Numbered from the stretch's first letter, positions 20,804 to 34,123 are shown. The stretch: 64,000 bases of DNA from Minutocellus sp. GHC0000111 (GCA_977018835.1 CDRNXO010000001.1:1-64000), one strand, 5' to 3'. Notes: generated by a model not told the origin, from the sequence alone. A program made the numbers and translations.

Positions 20804-23800
20804 CCGGAACAACGATGGTATATGTCTGATGATCCCCCGTCTCACAGCTGATTTCGTTAATACAGGCGATACACACGTCCAAATGGAGGGATTGATTCAA
20901 GCGGCGCTTCTTGATATCGACTATGCCTCGTTTTACGACGGGCAGCTCTCCTCGAGTTACTCTCTGGATGATTTTGGGGAAGCAGTCAAGCAGTCAAAGC
21001 TTGCGATCACGCCGTCGGTACTTTTGCTGCAGCAAACGGCATCGGCGATGCTCTGAGAGCCTTTGATGTGGCACCAGACCTGGAAAACGAATATGTATGT
21101 TCCTCGCATGACGACGAAGCCGCGCACGTCATTTTAACCGTCTTCAACAGTGGGCTAGAAACATTTCGGCACTTGATTCCGTATTTGTGGTCGATAGGAT
21201 TGATGTGTTGAGCACGCCGCTCCACAAACTCATGGCAGTTGCTCGCCAATCAAGCGACAGACAGAGTTTTTTGGCCCAAAGTCGCAACTCTTCACATCAC
21301 TCCCTTTCTAGTATTGGGCGACGGCCTCTTTGGCATGAGACCCAGACGCCTTGGACTGTTCTTGTCGGCGGGCTCAAGATTCTTTGGACTCTGGAGATTA
21401 GGGATGCCCTCCTTTCATTGTCACAAGATCTTATTTTTACCCTGGACTACATGAAGCTTGCTTTGAGAACAATGCCTTCGAAACACAAGGGATCGAACGA
21501 GGACGACCGCTCTTTTATACACCAAAACGGGGCAACGAATGGTGCGGTATTGACTGATAGCGTTCGAACTCAGGCCACTGCGCACGACGTTGACGAAGAT
21601 GGTGCGTCTCAGTCGAGCGATGACCTGGATTTGGATTATCTGCTTGGCGATTCTTCGCTCGGTCACCTCATTGAAGATGAGAAAGACAATAGTTCGAATC
21701 TTCAGAAGCCAAGGCTGAGTCGAAACATTTCTGTGCAGGAGGCCCGCCAGGCTTCCGGGGATTCGAATAGATCTATCGGCGGCGGCGGCGGCGGCGTCAA
21801 GGCATCAAAGAACGCTAGTATCTCCACTCTTGATGTCCATTTATCGAACCCTCAGTTCCAGCTTCACAGTGACCAAACGGGTGGAAGCGTGATCTTGGCA
21901 ATGAGAGGTGCATACATTGATGGGCAGCGATATCTCAATCTGATCGACCCGGATAACTTGTTGAATGCAGCATCGACGTCGATTGATAGCTCAAAGCTTG
22001 CGATCACGCCGTCGGTACTTTTGCTGCAGCAAACGGCATCGGCGATGCTCTGAGAGCCTTTGATGTGGCACCAGACCTGGAAAACGAATATGTATGTTCC
22101 TCGCATGACGACGAAGCCGCGCACGTCATTTTAACCGTCTTCAACAGTGGGCTAGAAACATTTCGGCACTTGATTCCGTATTTGTGGTCGATAGGATTGA
22201 TGTGTTGAGCACGCCGCTCCACAAACTCATGGCAGTTGCTCGCCAATCAAGCGACAGACAGAGTTTTTTGGCCCAAAGTCGCAACTCTTCACATCACTCC
22301 CTTTCTAGTATTGGGCGACGGCCTCTTTGGCATGAGACCCAGACGCCTTGGACTGTTCTTGTCGGCGGGCTCAAGATTCTTTGGACTCTGGAGATTAGGG
22401 ATGCCCTCCTTTCATTGTCACAAGATCTTATTTTTACCCTGGACTACATGAAGCTTGCTTTGAGAACAATGCCTTCGAAACACAAGGGATCGAACGAGGA
22501 CGACCGCTCTTTTATACACCAAAACGGGGCAACGAATGGTGCGGTATTGACTGATAGCGTTCGAACTCAGGCCACTGCGCACGACGTTGACGAAGATGGT
22601 GCGTCTCAGTCGAGCGATGACCTGGATTTGGATTATCTGCTTGGCGATTCTTCGCTCGGTCACCTCATTGAAGATGAGAAAGACAATAGTTCGAATCTTC
22701 AGAAGCCAAGGCTGAGTCGAAACATTTCTGTGCAGGAGGCCCGCCAGGCTTCCGGGGATTCGAATAGATCTATCGGCGGCGGCGGCGGCGGCGTCAAGGC
22801 ATCAAAGAACGCTAGTATCTCCACTCTTGATGTCCATTTATCGAACCCTCAGTTCCAGCTTCACAGTGACCAAACGGGTGGAAGCGTGATCTTGGCAATG
22901 AGAGGTGCATACATTGATGGGCAGCGATATCTCAATCTGATCGACCCGGATAACTTGTTGAATGCAGCATCGACGTCGATTGATAGCCTCTTGCAGAAGA
23001 CTGAATTTCAATACACGCTTGATAGAATGGAGATCTATGCAATTGCCCCAGGAGTGGACGTCGATGCAGGACTTCAGTGGCTTGACTATCACGAGAATGT
23101 CAACAGCGGCGATGGGGACACTTTTGAGGCTGACGACTATTCACAAGATGGAGATAATTACAACAGTGATGAAGACGAACTCCCGAGTATTTTGCCTTCG
23201 CTCTCGGTTCAGGGAGGAAGTATACGAGAGATGCCAGATGTAAAGGCATTTTCGCGAAGGCATTTTCAGCCTCGATTTGCCCAGTATGATCCCAAGACAT
23301 TCCGCAAGCCGCCTCTTATGCAACTCATCATGAACAGATGCACCTTCGACTCACGCCAAGTCTTTCACCGGAGCCCGCACCATCTATCAAGTGACGAATT
23401 GGCAGCATATATCAGAAGAGGCTACTTGGAGCCCTTGCTTGAATCAGCCTTGGACCAAGTTGACCTACACATCGACGAGATGTCGTTCATGTTGGACTCG
23501 CACCAGTACATCACCACGTTCGATTTGATACGAAACGTCCTTCTCGAGCCGCCCAAAGTTTCCAACAAGAGAGAAAGGCGACTGTTTGCCGAAGCAAAGG
23601 AGGAGCCATCGGACCAGGAGGAAGAGCTGCAGGAGATATCTGACGAAGCTGAGCAAGATGAGGCAACTGCCAATGTCGAAGCAATTGTCGAGGAATGGAA
23701 CACAAAGTTCCCTAGGCTCAAAGACGGAGTCCATCGACAGCGGAAAAGAATTCGCCAGCAGCTTCGAAATGCCAGTCAAAAGCTCATGGCGCCGCTTGAA

Positions 23801-25171
23801 CAGCAGCATCTGTTGAGTCGAAATACTTCCAATAGGAAAATCAAGTACACTCTTGGCAAACTCAAATGGCAAATTCGCAGTCCAGATTATTATGATGAGG
23901 TGACAATTGATTTCACTGGATTCAGAGGCCAACACGAATTCATTGCCGACGGAGCTGTCATTTCCAATATCTCACTGGAGGATGTCCAAGTAACGACAGC
24001 ATCTCCAGGTCCCGATGCGTTGGCATTCTACGATCCGTTTGTTATCCTTGCTTGCGAGGTCCAAGGCGAAAATCCTTGCACCAGATGCGGAAAAGCCTTC
24101 AATCGAGCGACCAATTCTGCTCGCTCTTGCATTCACCACGCGGGTTCCTTTGCGGCCGGATCGGATGGTATCAAGTATTGGACCTGCTGTGGCGCAAGAT
24201 TGCAGGATGCTCCCGGTTGTGTCGCACGCCCCCATAGCGGCAGAGAAAAAGCGGCCGTTGTTAGGATGGAGACTCTTCCTAGTCCTGTAAAAGGTCTTCG
24301 CCTATACAAGCACATCGAGATCAATTTTTACCCCAATGTCCAGCATACCATTGTCGTCCAGATTACGAAGGACTTATCAAATCTATTCATGGCATATTTC
24401 TTGGGGGCCGACGACCAATCGGTATATGGTGATGGTGAGTACGGCGGTGACTCTGATGACGAGGAAGACGACAATTCAATATTAGAGGTACCCAGCGATG
24501 ACATTTTGGACGATACTTCTAGTGTCAGCCAAAGCCAAGCTTCTTCGGTGGCCTTGCCGAAGGCAACCTCAAGTTCAAGGTCCAGAAGGAGTAAAAGGTC
24601 TGCTCTTCTCGGTAGTTACCGAAGTAGCGATCGGGATAGTGGTGGCAGGAAGAGACGATCTTCTCGGCACCAAGAAGGTGTGGTGGTTGTTGGTGAGCCC
24701 AAAGACTTCGACACTCCCGCATCGCATCCTCCACAAGAGATCGCCTTCATCAAATACTGGCGAATTGGAAACATCGATGTTTCGCTATCAGTGTCTGGTT
24801 TTGCTATCGATACAATCGACCTGGGTATCCTAATCCCCGCCTACTCCAAGGCATACAAGTGTGGGCGGAGCAATTATCTGGGCAGAAAATATATCTCGCA
24901 TTTGGTCCATGAGATCGTTCGAAGTGCTGCAAGTAGCAGTATGCAAAAAATGAAGCGCAAGTTCAGTAGGCATGGCAAGAGCCGAAGCAGCGTGGACGAC
25001 CAGAGCTCGCGGAGGGCCAGGACGGCATCCGGTGCAGCCGCTGCTGCTCGTGCGGGGTCCCTTGAGGCGGCTCGCGAGGACTTTCTCCTTGGAGGTGGGA
25101 GCATCGGCGGAGGTGGTAGGAAGCAGCCGCCTTCCAACAGGAACAATCGTCGGAGACTCTACACAACTTGA
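20720..25171 (+). pseudogene. C-terminal part of a bridge-like lipid transfer protein (BLTP2/FMP27/Hobbit-like); 5'-truncated, frameshifted, internally duplicated
   Basis: LKILWTLEIRDAL, HLSNPQFQLHS, LDSHQY..FDLIRNVLL, YKHIEINFYP...VQIT, FIKYWRIGNIDVSLS. Final 995 codons open. No promoter or start upstream. Confidence 0.65.
20994..22987 (+). repeat. Tandem direct duplication, 2 x 997 bp (20994-21990 and 21991-22987)
   Basis: Both copies begin TCAAAGCTTGCGATCACG and end GATTGATAGC. The ORF track repeats at an exact 997 offset. No differences seen by eye. Confidence 0.97.
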
Positions 25172-25635
25172 GAGAATGAATTTTTATTATCAGAGAGGTG
25201 CACTCGATAATTACATAAACATAGAATATACCTAGCTAGATACATACAGCGTTGGAAGACGTATCGATACAAGATAGCCTTTTCTAATGACAATCCCTCT
25301 ATGTATCATTTCTACCGAGACATATCCGCCTCGCAGTGGTAGTCTCAAAAGAGATATCACGTCGTCTTACGTCCGAACCGCCCGAGTAAAGCAGCAGCAT
25401 CATAGGTCCAAACCGCCCGAGCAACGTGGCCGAGACCAAAACTTGCAATTCATAATAAGTATAGCCATGGTCTCGAATCCTTTATGCCAGCACCGAAAGA
25501 GCGAACCCTCACCAATCGTCACCACCGCTGCGGCGCATGTCGCTTGGTTAAAGCAAACAACTTTGTTTCAGCGCCTCCTGCCAATCCGACCGGCAAGAAA
25601 TATTTAATACTTCCATTCCATAGTAGTGCCAACGC

Positions 25636-26193
25636 TTATTCCTCCTTCTTCTCTTCGTCGCCGTCGGCCTTCTTGTTGCCGAGGAACGAAAGGAAAATAT
25701 TGTAACCAATCTGGATCGAGTTGATGTAAAGGAGACGCTGAGACGGGGGGATGAAGGCGAAGTTGATGGTGTGGGCAGGGACCCAAACTGCCCAACTTCC
25801 CATAACGGCTGTCTTGAGATCGGACTTGATCTTGGTAACATACTGATCCCAGCTCTTTCCTTCGACGGCGTTGAGGTAGCCGAAGAACATGCATCCGAAA
25901 ATCGGGTTCCACATGGTCTGATCGATGAGGACCTTGGTAGCGACAGTGACAGGCTTGGTTCCGGGGAGCTTGGAATCGAGGAATCCATAGAAGAAGTGAC
26001 CCGTCGAACCGTGGAGGAGGAAACCGAAGGAACCCAGGCGGATGGTGCGCATGGGGTCGTAGGGGGCACCGTCGTCGTTGATGAACTTCTGTGCAAGAAT
26101 ATCACCGACGGAGAAACCGACCAACGAGGTGCTCATCTTGGTCAGGAGAGGTTGAGCCTCGAGGATGGCGTTGTATCTGGCCCAAAGTCCCAT
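25636..26193 (-). CDS. Mpv17/PMP22 family membrane protein
   Basis: QPLLTK...GDILAQ, KVLIDQ, WAVWVPAHTINFAFIP..QRLLYIN. Confidence 0.95.
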   Translation of the reverse strand: MGLWARYNAILEAQPLLTKMSTSLVGFSVGDILAQKFINDDGAPYDPMRTIRLGSFGFLLHGSTGHFFYGFLDSKLPGTKPVTVATKVLIDQTMWNPIFGCMFFGYLNAVEGKSWDQYVTKIKSDLKTAVMGSWAVWVPAHTINFAFIPPSQRLLYINSIQIGYNIFLSFLGNKKADGDEEKKEE

Positions 26194-27163
26194 TTTTATG
26201 TGCTATTTATAAAAATGTAAACGGATGAGGTTCAACCTACACTTCCAGGAAGCGAATGCAGAGAAAGCAAATGGATGAAAAGCTCAATTAGACAGCCATA
26301 CCAGAGAAATGGTGAAATGAAATGAGCGCAGACCGCAATTGTGCCGAGGCTTATCGAAAAAGTAAGCAAAGGCATACTCAAAAAGGTCGCGCCAACGAAA
26401 AGAACGCTGTCACTATTGCGATCCCTTAGTAAGAGTAACTGCCACCATTGCGTTTAGCCACTGTGTCGCAAAACCGTCCCCTAAGCGCTTGCATACTGAA
26501 ATGCTCGTCAGGTTTGCCCGAACCCTGCCCCATTTCAGCCAAATGACAGTACCAATCCCAAGGGAACCTCCCCCCGGAGGGAGTGGCTGCAACCAAGGAA
26601 TCGAACGCCACGTGACAAAACAGGGTGGGCTCAAAGGCAGGTTAGACACGCCAAGGGAAACAGCTCCGCGGCGGGACTTGGGTGGGTCTCTGTCGCAAGT
26701 TAGGGCGCGTATCTGCACATGCACATAATTGCAACGGGGCAATTCAAATAATCCAACCAAATAGCCGAGGAACACCGCTTGCTCGTTGTGTTGCTTGGCA
26801 GGTTCCGCGCTGACATCAGAAAGTAGATGTCATTTCGCTCGACGATCGATGACTCGATTGTCCAAGAAGCCCAGAAAAATCACGCGAGGCACAGAAAATA
26901 TGTATCGGACCACCTACACACCTTCAGAGTCTCCCTTGGTGGTTCGACGGAACGAAAAGTGCCGATAAAAGGCATGGATGAGGAACGTGCCGTCTCGTCA
27001 ACAGACGGCGTCAAGGCCAACTTGAAGTGTGGTGGGAACTCCCAACCTGAGAGATTTTACAAACATTGAGGATAATCTCGACAAGAAGGAGTACATGTAC
27101 AAGTATGATGACGGCCAGACGAAAAATGTAGCTCTTTTTTTTTTAATTAGAGCAGGGCCAACG

Positions 27164-28015
27164 ATGAGCAAGAAGGCCGAAGCTCACGGCAACCGAAGGA
27201 TGACGACCTCGGCATCCAATTTACTAATCATTCTCTTGGGCACATCCTGCTCGAAGCATGTGTCGTCTTTTCTTCTGACGACGGGTCCACCAAGCTCCCT
27301 CAACAACAGCAACAAGCCTCATTCTTCGTCAAGCGGCAGTAGCAGCAGCTGTCTCTTCGTCAGCAGCGTGGGCTATGAGAATGACGACTCGGAGGCCCGA
27401 TCGCAATTCGGTACCAAGGACTATTGGGATGACATGTATCAGGGATTTGGTGACTTTTCCAAGGACGAGTACGAGTGGTACTTTGGCTGGTCCGAAATCA
27501 AACCGTATTTCCAAGACCATGTGCCGATTCCAGAAGCCAATGCCGACGACGACACATCCACCACCAAAATTTTAATACCTGGCATGGGCAATGATCCGTT
27601 GCTTCTTGATCTGGTTGGTGCCGGATACAGAGACATAACCGCCTTTGACTACAGTGAGGGGGCGGTGGAGCGCCAGACCGAGCTGCTATCGTACGATCCC
27701 AACGCAGAGGATGCCGTTACCTTGCTCTGCAGAGACGCCAGGGCGTTGGATGATGCATGGACCAATGCGTTCGATGCCATCCTCGAAAAGGGTTGTTTGG
27801 ATGCCCTGTATCTTTCCGATGAGACCGATGGAAATGCTGCTAGGGCCGCCGAGGAGTTACATCGTGTATTGAAGCCCGGTGGTATCTTCATGTCGGTCAG
27901 CGGTGTTGTCCCTGCTGAATTCCGACGAGAGATTTTTAGCACAGAAAAATACGAGTGGCTACGAGATGGCACCGATGATTTGAAGGCTGGATGCTTTGTT
28001 TGGAGGAAGAGATGA
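27164..28015 (+). CDS. Class I SAM-dependent methyltransferase (EEF1AKMT4/METTL13-like), with likely organelle presequence
   Basis: FGTKDYWDDMY, YEWY, ILIPGMGN, FDAILEKGCLDAL, HRVLKPGG. Hydrophobic leader ending VSS-F plus a Ser-rich stretch. Alternative ATG at 27200. Confidence 0.88.
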   Translation: MSKKAEAHGNRRMTTSASNLLIILLGTSCSKHVSSFLLTTGPPSSLNNSNKPHSSSSGSSSSCLFVSSVGYENDDSEARSQFGTKDYWDDMYQGFGDFSKDEYEWYFGWSEIKPYFQDHVPIPEANADDDTSTTKILIPGMGNDPLLLDLVGAGYRDITAFDYSEGAVERQTELLSYDPNAEDAVTLLCRDARALDDAWTNAFDAILEKGCLDALYLSDETDGNAARAAEELHRVLKPGGIFMSVSGVVPAEFRREIFSTEKYEWLRDGTDDLKAGCFVWRKR

Positions 28016-28131
28016 TAACAAATCATATTGATTCTCTCTACTAGCTAGCTATCATGTCTATAATAAGATAAGGGGGTTATTCGCACCTGTTCATTCGTGT
28101 CTTCGAGCTGGCTAGCTAGCAACCTCTATCT

Positions 28132-29209
28132 CTATTCTTCTATTTCTTCTTCTTTGCTTGAATCTGCTTCTGCTCCGAGGCAATTTTCAGCGCCGCCTTG
28201 ACCTTGCCATCGCGCAACCTCTCGTGTCCCCACAGCATCAGGCCGACACTGGCACCGGGCCCGATGATGGGGGAAATGAGCAAAGCCGCCACGGAATCGA
28301 TGGGATCGACACTGGCCACGTAGGCCAGCGAACAGAACGACGGCATCGATGACCATGAACCGCACGGAGGGGTCGGCGTCGAACCACAGCCCGGCCTTCA
28401 TGACGTCCGAGGATAGGCCGTACTCCTCTAGGATGGCCCGGAGGACGGTGCCCCACACGGCCATGGAGACGAAGGAAACGATGAGGTAGCAGTTCGAACT
28501 TGCGATGGCGCCGCGAGACACATCCTGCGGAGTGACGTCAGCGGCAGACTTGGGTTTGAGACGCCACAGCAGCAGAGAGAGCATGGGGAGGAGAGGACCG
28601 CCCAGAGTGCCCGCCGTCAGGGTCCACTCGTACGATGCGGGGTCGAGATTGAAGGCCAGGTACGTGAGCGCAATGATGGGGGGGAGGAGGTAGACGGCAA
28701 CATACGGCCGAAGGGACGGCACAGCACTGGTCCGACTTCCACCCAGCAAGAGGTAGCCGGGAACCCAAATCACGGGAAAGGATACGGAAATTCCGAGGAA
28801 CTGCGCCAGCAGGCCAATGATGGTGGGGTACAGCACGTGTCCCTTTGCACCCGACCGACCACTTTCCACACTCATGAGCATACCGAGGGGAAGGGACGCC
28901 ACGATGGTGGTGGTCCATGCAATAAAGCCCGCGGGACCGTTTTGCGTCAATCGGTAGATGAATTGCGTAATTATACCCACGAGCCACCCACCGAGCCTGG
29001 ACTCGTAGGGCATGGCGTCGTATCCGGCCAGCTGAATGGGTCCCTTGGCCTTGTTGGAGGCGGCATAGGCTTCGGCGCTTGACGCAGTAGTCCATGGTGG
29101 GTTCCATCATCTCCTTGGTTTGGATCTGGCACTGGATGAATGCGAGGATGCCCAGGGCCGCCGAGATGGCGGCGCACAGCAGGTCGCGCCTCTTGCTTCG
29201 CTGGGCCAT
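28132..29209 (-). pseudogene. Multi-pass membrane hypothetical protein with frameshifts
   Basis: Hydrophobic helices spread over ORFs in different frames; shifts near 29010-29070 and ~28320. Confidence 0.55.
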
Positions 29210-29588
29210 GGTGGTGCACTTGTCGTTGTATCTGTCGATTGATACAAACTGCCGCCAACCTGGTGGAGGTTTTGACGAGCGATGCGATGTGAGATCGCAT
29301 CGAGAGGCGTTGGAAAAATCCAGCACAAAGTCAGTCGACAAATCCCGCATTTTGCATACCTAGGTACAGGAGTACTCCAACCTTTCATTGAAAGAGTACA
29401 ATCGCCCTCATCTGAGTTGTGCCACTTCGTGATGCCCCAAAATTCTCAGAACTCTTGTGGGCGCCGAAAGATCTTCGCTGGCAGCTGTTGCCTGCCTCAT
29501 CATCATTGGCTCATTGGCACTTGCTCATTTCATTCTTTGGCATAACAACGCCATAACAAAGCGAAGCACATATTTATCCAATAACACC

Positions 29589-31260
29589 ATGAAGTCCTCA
29601 ACTCCCTCCTCTGCCGCTCTGGCGCTGGTATCTGCCGCCGCCATCGCCTCTTGTTCTTCTACTTCTTCGTCGTGCCTGGTTTCGGCGTTCGTGACGCCCA
29701 GCAGCAGCACGAACCAGAACCAGAACCTGAATACTTATGCCAGCGCCAGAACCAATGCTGCCTCTGCCTCCACTTCTTCGACTTCTCTGGCCTTTGGAGT
29801 CGGCGGCGACGACCTCGCCGACCTCACCCCCTCGGCCCGCAAGAAGCGCGCCCAAAAGGGCGACATCAACCCGGCGTACAGCATGCAGCAGTATCTGACC
29901 AGCCTGCTCGATCTGCAAGAGTTGGACGTCCCACCGCCCTCTTCGACCCGAGCCGATCTGGGCTCCACGGTCCTGGTCAGCGGCTTCGTCGATCCCGCCA
30001 GTCCGACGCTGGGCAGGGATTCCGACCAGGCCATCTTCGATCTGCTCAACGTCGACACCCACCCGGACGAGCCCGACATGTTTGGCATGAACTTTGACCG
30101 CATCGTGGCCTTCGTGCCCGATGCGGCATTCGCCAAGAAGCGCCTCGTCAGCCGCTCGGCGCGGTATTCGGGTCTGCTCAACAAGCTGGCCTTTGAGCAG
30201 CCCGTCGTCACTCCCACCCCCGCTTCCAGCACCGTCGTGCCCACCGCCCAGCAGCTCGAGGGGGTCACCTCGTGGGTGGCCCGGATCGAGGGTGCCGACC
30301 GGATGGGGCAGATCCAATCGATCGTGGAATTGGCCCGATCCTCGCCGAGCATTGCCAACGTGGCCTTTCTCCTGACCGATGCCCCGACCATGGATATGGA
30401 CGCGGTCCTCAACGTCATCCAGACCATGAAGGACGAAGCCGGCCTGACCAAGAAGTCCTTCACGGTCGTGGCGGTCGGGGCCACCGACGACGAGGTGCCC
30501 GAGGCCACCTACCCGTATGCCGTTGCGGATTTGCTTTCTTCCAATGACGCCGATGCTGCCACCAGCTCCTCCTCGTCGTCCATGGACTACTCCACCACCA
30601 CCCCCCAGACCACCAATGCCGGTGCTTCCCCCAACACCGGCTCCATCCCCGCCGACGCCACCTACAGCCGCGAGGAGTCCTTCCGCCTCGTCGCCACCTG
30701 CCTCGGGTTGGAGTGCGCCCGCAACAAGGCCCTGGCCTTCACGGCCATTGACAACGTCAACGCCACGTCGTACAAGCTCGTCAAGGGACTGCGCGAGGCC
30801 GGATACGGGTGGGATCAGGAGGTCCAGTTCATGATCGACGGTGGGGCCAAGGTATGTTTCATAATTTGATGGATTGTCCAAATGAATTGGTTTTTGTTTT
30901 TGTTTGCATTGATTCAATTGCAATTTGCAACTATGCAATTGTGTTCCGCATTATGGTATCTATCCGCAAATCGCAAAATATCCTAACTTGTCCTATAATT
31001 GTTTCATCATTCTCCTCCCCCAACAACAACCGCAGAACTACGACCAGGCCGTCGAGGACTACAAGGCTCGTCACCCCGAGGAGGAGCGCATGATGATGTC
31101 GGCCGACGAGAAGCTCGAGGAGGCCATCGCCGACGCCATGAAGCGCCAGAAGGCCGAGAACGAGGAGGCCCTCCGCCGGATGGAGACCAAGGCCGCCATC
31201 AACTCGGAGTTCATCCTGGAGATGTCCGAGGACAGCATCACGGCCGGGGACTGGGCTTAG
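29589..31260 (+). CDS. Hypothetical protein with bipartite plastid-targeting presequence
   Basis: Signal peptide ending VSA-FVTP and a Ser/Thr-rich transit peptide. GT-AG intron 30852-31035 keeps frame (GGAK/NYDQ). Strong C-ending codon bias. Confidence 0.8.
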
Positions 31261-31611
31261 AGAGTGATAATCATTTTGGCAAGAAGGTGTAAGCGGGATG
31301 TTTGCGCATTGTGGTGCCAAGTGAAAAACGGGCAGCACTTCTTTTTGTACCTAGGTACATACAAATGCTCTCAGTGTTCAATTTTGTTTGGATTCTTGGA
31401 GGGGGGAGAAGAAGTGCGGCTCTTGTCGCTCAAGCCCAACAATGGCCGATAAATCTTTGACATCTGCAAGCAACACCGTGCACCCCGTGCCAAGCAGTGA
31501 GCTCGGAAACGCAGCATAATTGCATGTAAATATGTGTACCTAAAAAATGAATTGATATCGAGTGTTATTTGGTGGCCTATCCTTTTTGGAGTCTACAGAT
31601 GCACAATCATG

Positions 31612-32941
31612 TCAAGCAATGTGCTTGTGATGCAAAGGCACTTTCCCTCCAGATCCCATCAGGTCTTCCTTCTTGCTCGCCGGTGCATCATCATGCAAAG
31701 AGTAGCCACCGAATAAAATTAGGTTGCGATTCGTTATTCGTTGGTCGATTGCAGATATGAGATGGGCTCCGTATTGCCCAGCTACTATTCCAACCATGAC
31801 AGTATGTCGGGTCGCGTCGTCGACCTGAGCTACTCGGCTTACACTTCCATACAAGCCATCTCTGATACAACAAGGCATGAATGCGTATCCAGCCCCATGC
31901 TTCTGTGCCATCTCAATCGCAAGTTTTGTAGCCTCGTTACAACCATGAATCATGGTAATGAAAGAGCTGGCCCCACCAATATCCTCCGCCCTCAGGGCTG
32001 TAAAATCTTGCTCCAGAAATTCAAGGTTGGACAATGGATGGTCTTCACCCTTGGCAGCTTTGCCATGGAACTTGAATCCCTCGATGTAGTGATCAAAGCA
32101 GTTTCGTCGTTCCATATCGACGCAGACCACTCGAACATCGGCAAAGCGGTAGGCCAGCACAACCCCCAACAGTCCATGGCCACACGCCAGATCGTATATC
32201 GTTGTCACCTGGTTTTCCTCCTTCTGCTCCTCTCGCCGACGCGCCATTAGCAATGATATCAGTTTCTCAATCAACCGAAAGGCCTCCAGAGTCTCAAACA
32301 TTTCCTTGACGCGCAGACTTTTGGGGTGGGTCGTCCACACATGCTTCAATGCACCACCTCGGCGCGGCAGCTCTTGGGAAACAGATAGGGCAAATATACG
32401 TGTTCGACCAGGTGCAATCGTTCCTCGTCAAGATCAGCAACGAATGCATGTGGATCGAGGGAATGATCCCGTGCATCGAACTTGTCCAACAATTCTGGCT
32501 GCCATCTGGGTCGTTTGGCCATGGCCCGTTCCACGGCCCGTCGTTTGCTTTCTTTGTTGTGCTCATTCTGGGCGATGCGATCTCGTTTCGGTGGACGCCG
32601 TTTCTTCACCCTGCACTTGGTGTCGTTTATGCATAGCCCCTCGGTGAGGAGAGATTGTTCCAAATGTTTAGCCCAAGATGGATAGTAGTCTTCTCTCAGC
32701 CACAACGGAGTAACAAATGCATACGAGGCGGTTGGATCGCAAGGGTTTGGTGAATGTCAAAGCTGGAGGGTGGTGGTGTGCTCGAGTTGGAGACGCCAGA
32801 TTGTGCCATTGATGCTGCGGCCTTTTGCATCGCATTGGCTATACTTGTTGAAGATACGTCGGGAGGTAGCTTGGATACGATGTATCCTCCTCTGATGCTC
32901 TTGATGGCGTCGTCAACGGCAGCATCTTCTGGTGGTGCCAT
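31612..32941 (-). pseudogene. SAM-dependent methyltransferase (Methyltransf_32-like), split over three frames
   Basis: KSLRVKEMFE, IYDLACGHGLLG, IHGCNEAT, MPCCI. Upstream parts lie in ORFs 32346-32705 and 32696-32941, with shifts at ~32700 and ~32350. Confidence 0.7.
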
Positions 32942-33074
32942 GGTCGTGGCAAAAAATGAGAAAATGAGCAGGCAGACGGCCAGACGTTTTTCGTCTGGCC
33001 GTCTCCGATCGGGAGACCGACGCGACCATGAGATTTCATTATCTCTTTGCCGTCGTATCTCATAGCAGCATAAC

Positions 33075-34123
33075 ATGCCCCCCTCGATCAAATCAACCGC
33101 TGGCACAAAGCGCGGGGCGTCCTCGTCCGCCAAGGGCTCAGCCACCGGCGCCAAGCGTGCCCGAACGACCATCAAGGCGGGTGCCACTTCTCGTGCACTC
33201 AAAGCTGATCCCGATGCCGCCTCCTCTCCCTCTCCGTCTCTTGCTAATGCCAGATTGTCCGGCGGCGGTGGCAACCTCGAAGCAGAATTCATTGCCATGT
33301 TCAGCACTCCCCAGGCTGCGGCGGCCGGTGGGGGCGTAACCAACACGGCCCTCAAAACCAAGTTCGGCGACGACCGGCTTCCCCAGCTCGCCACCGTCAT
33401 CAATGCGCTCACCACCAAGGGCCGGCTGACCATGTCCCGTCACGCCGCGACCAACGAACTGGTGTACAGCCTCATCAGCGAGGATCAGGCTAGCAAGTTC
33501 GAGGGTTTGGACACGTCGGCCCGCCTCGTGTACCAAATCATCGAAAAGTCCGGCAACATGGGCATCTGGACCAAGGACATACGGACCCAGTCCAACATCC
33601 AGCAGCTGGCCCTCAACAAGATCTTCAAATCGTTGGAAAGCCGCCGGCTGATCAAACCCACGAAATCGGTCACCGCCAAGGCCAAGAAGCTGTACATGCT
33701 GTACGACCTCCAGCCCGCCAAGGAGCTGACCGGCGGGCCGTGGAATTGGAGTTCAATCACGAGTTCATCGCCGAACTCCGCCATTTCATCCTGCACTGCG
33801 TCAAGCGCCTCAACGGTGGCAAGGGCGTGAGTTTGCAGACCATCATGGACAAGATGAAGGAGGCCAACGTGAGCAAGGTCAACCTGAGTTTGGACGAGAT
33901 TCGACAGCTCGTGCAGACCTTGGTGTACGATTACATGGTGGAAACGACGGCGGGAAGTGGTGACGATGGCGGGGAGGAGCTGTACATCGCTGCCAGGAGG
34001 GTTAGCAGCATGTGCGACTTCAAGTGGTGGGACGTCTTGTCGGATGACTTTCAGTACCGGCAGGTGAAGTTTGAGGATGGCGTTACGCTGTCGGCTCACG
34101 AACCTCATCATCATACGGCGTAA
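33075..34123 (+). pseudogene. RPC6: RNA polymerase III subunit RPC6/C34 with a frameshift
   Basis: VYQIIEKSGNMGIWTKDIR, LESRRLIK..KSV...KKLYMLYDLQPAKELTGGPW. The frame breaks at 33743/33744 and continues ELEFNHEFI. Confidence 0.9.

Noticed and set aside
26400..27150. Short ORFs between Mpv17 and the methyltransferase
   Set aside because: No recognisable motifs or consistent frame; cannot be supported as genes.
29598..30938. 446-aa antisense ORF
   Set aside because: Shadow of the strongly codon-biased plus-strand gene; no motifs.
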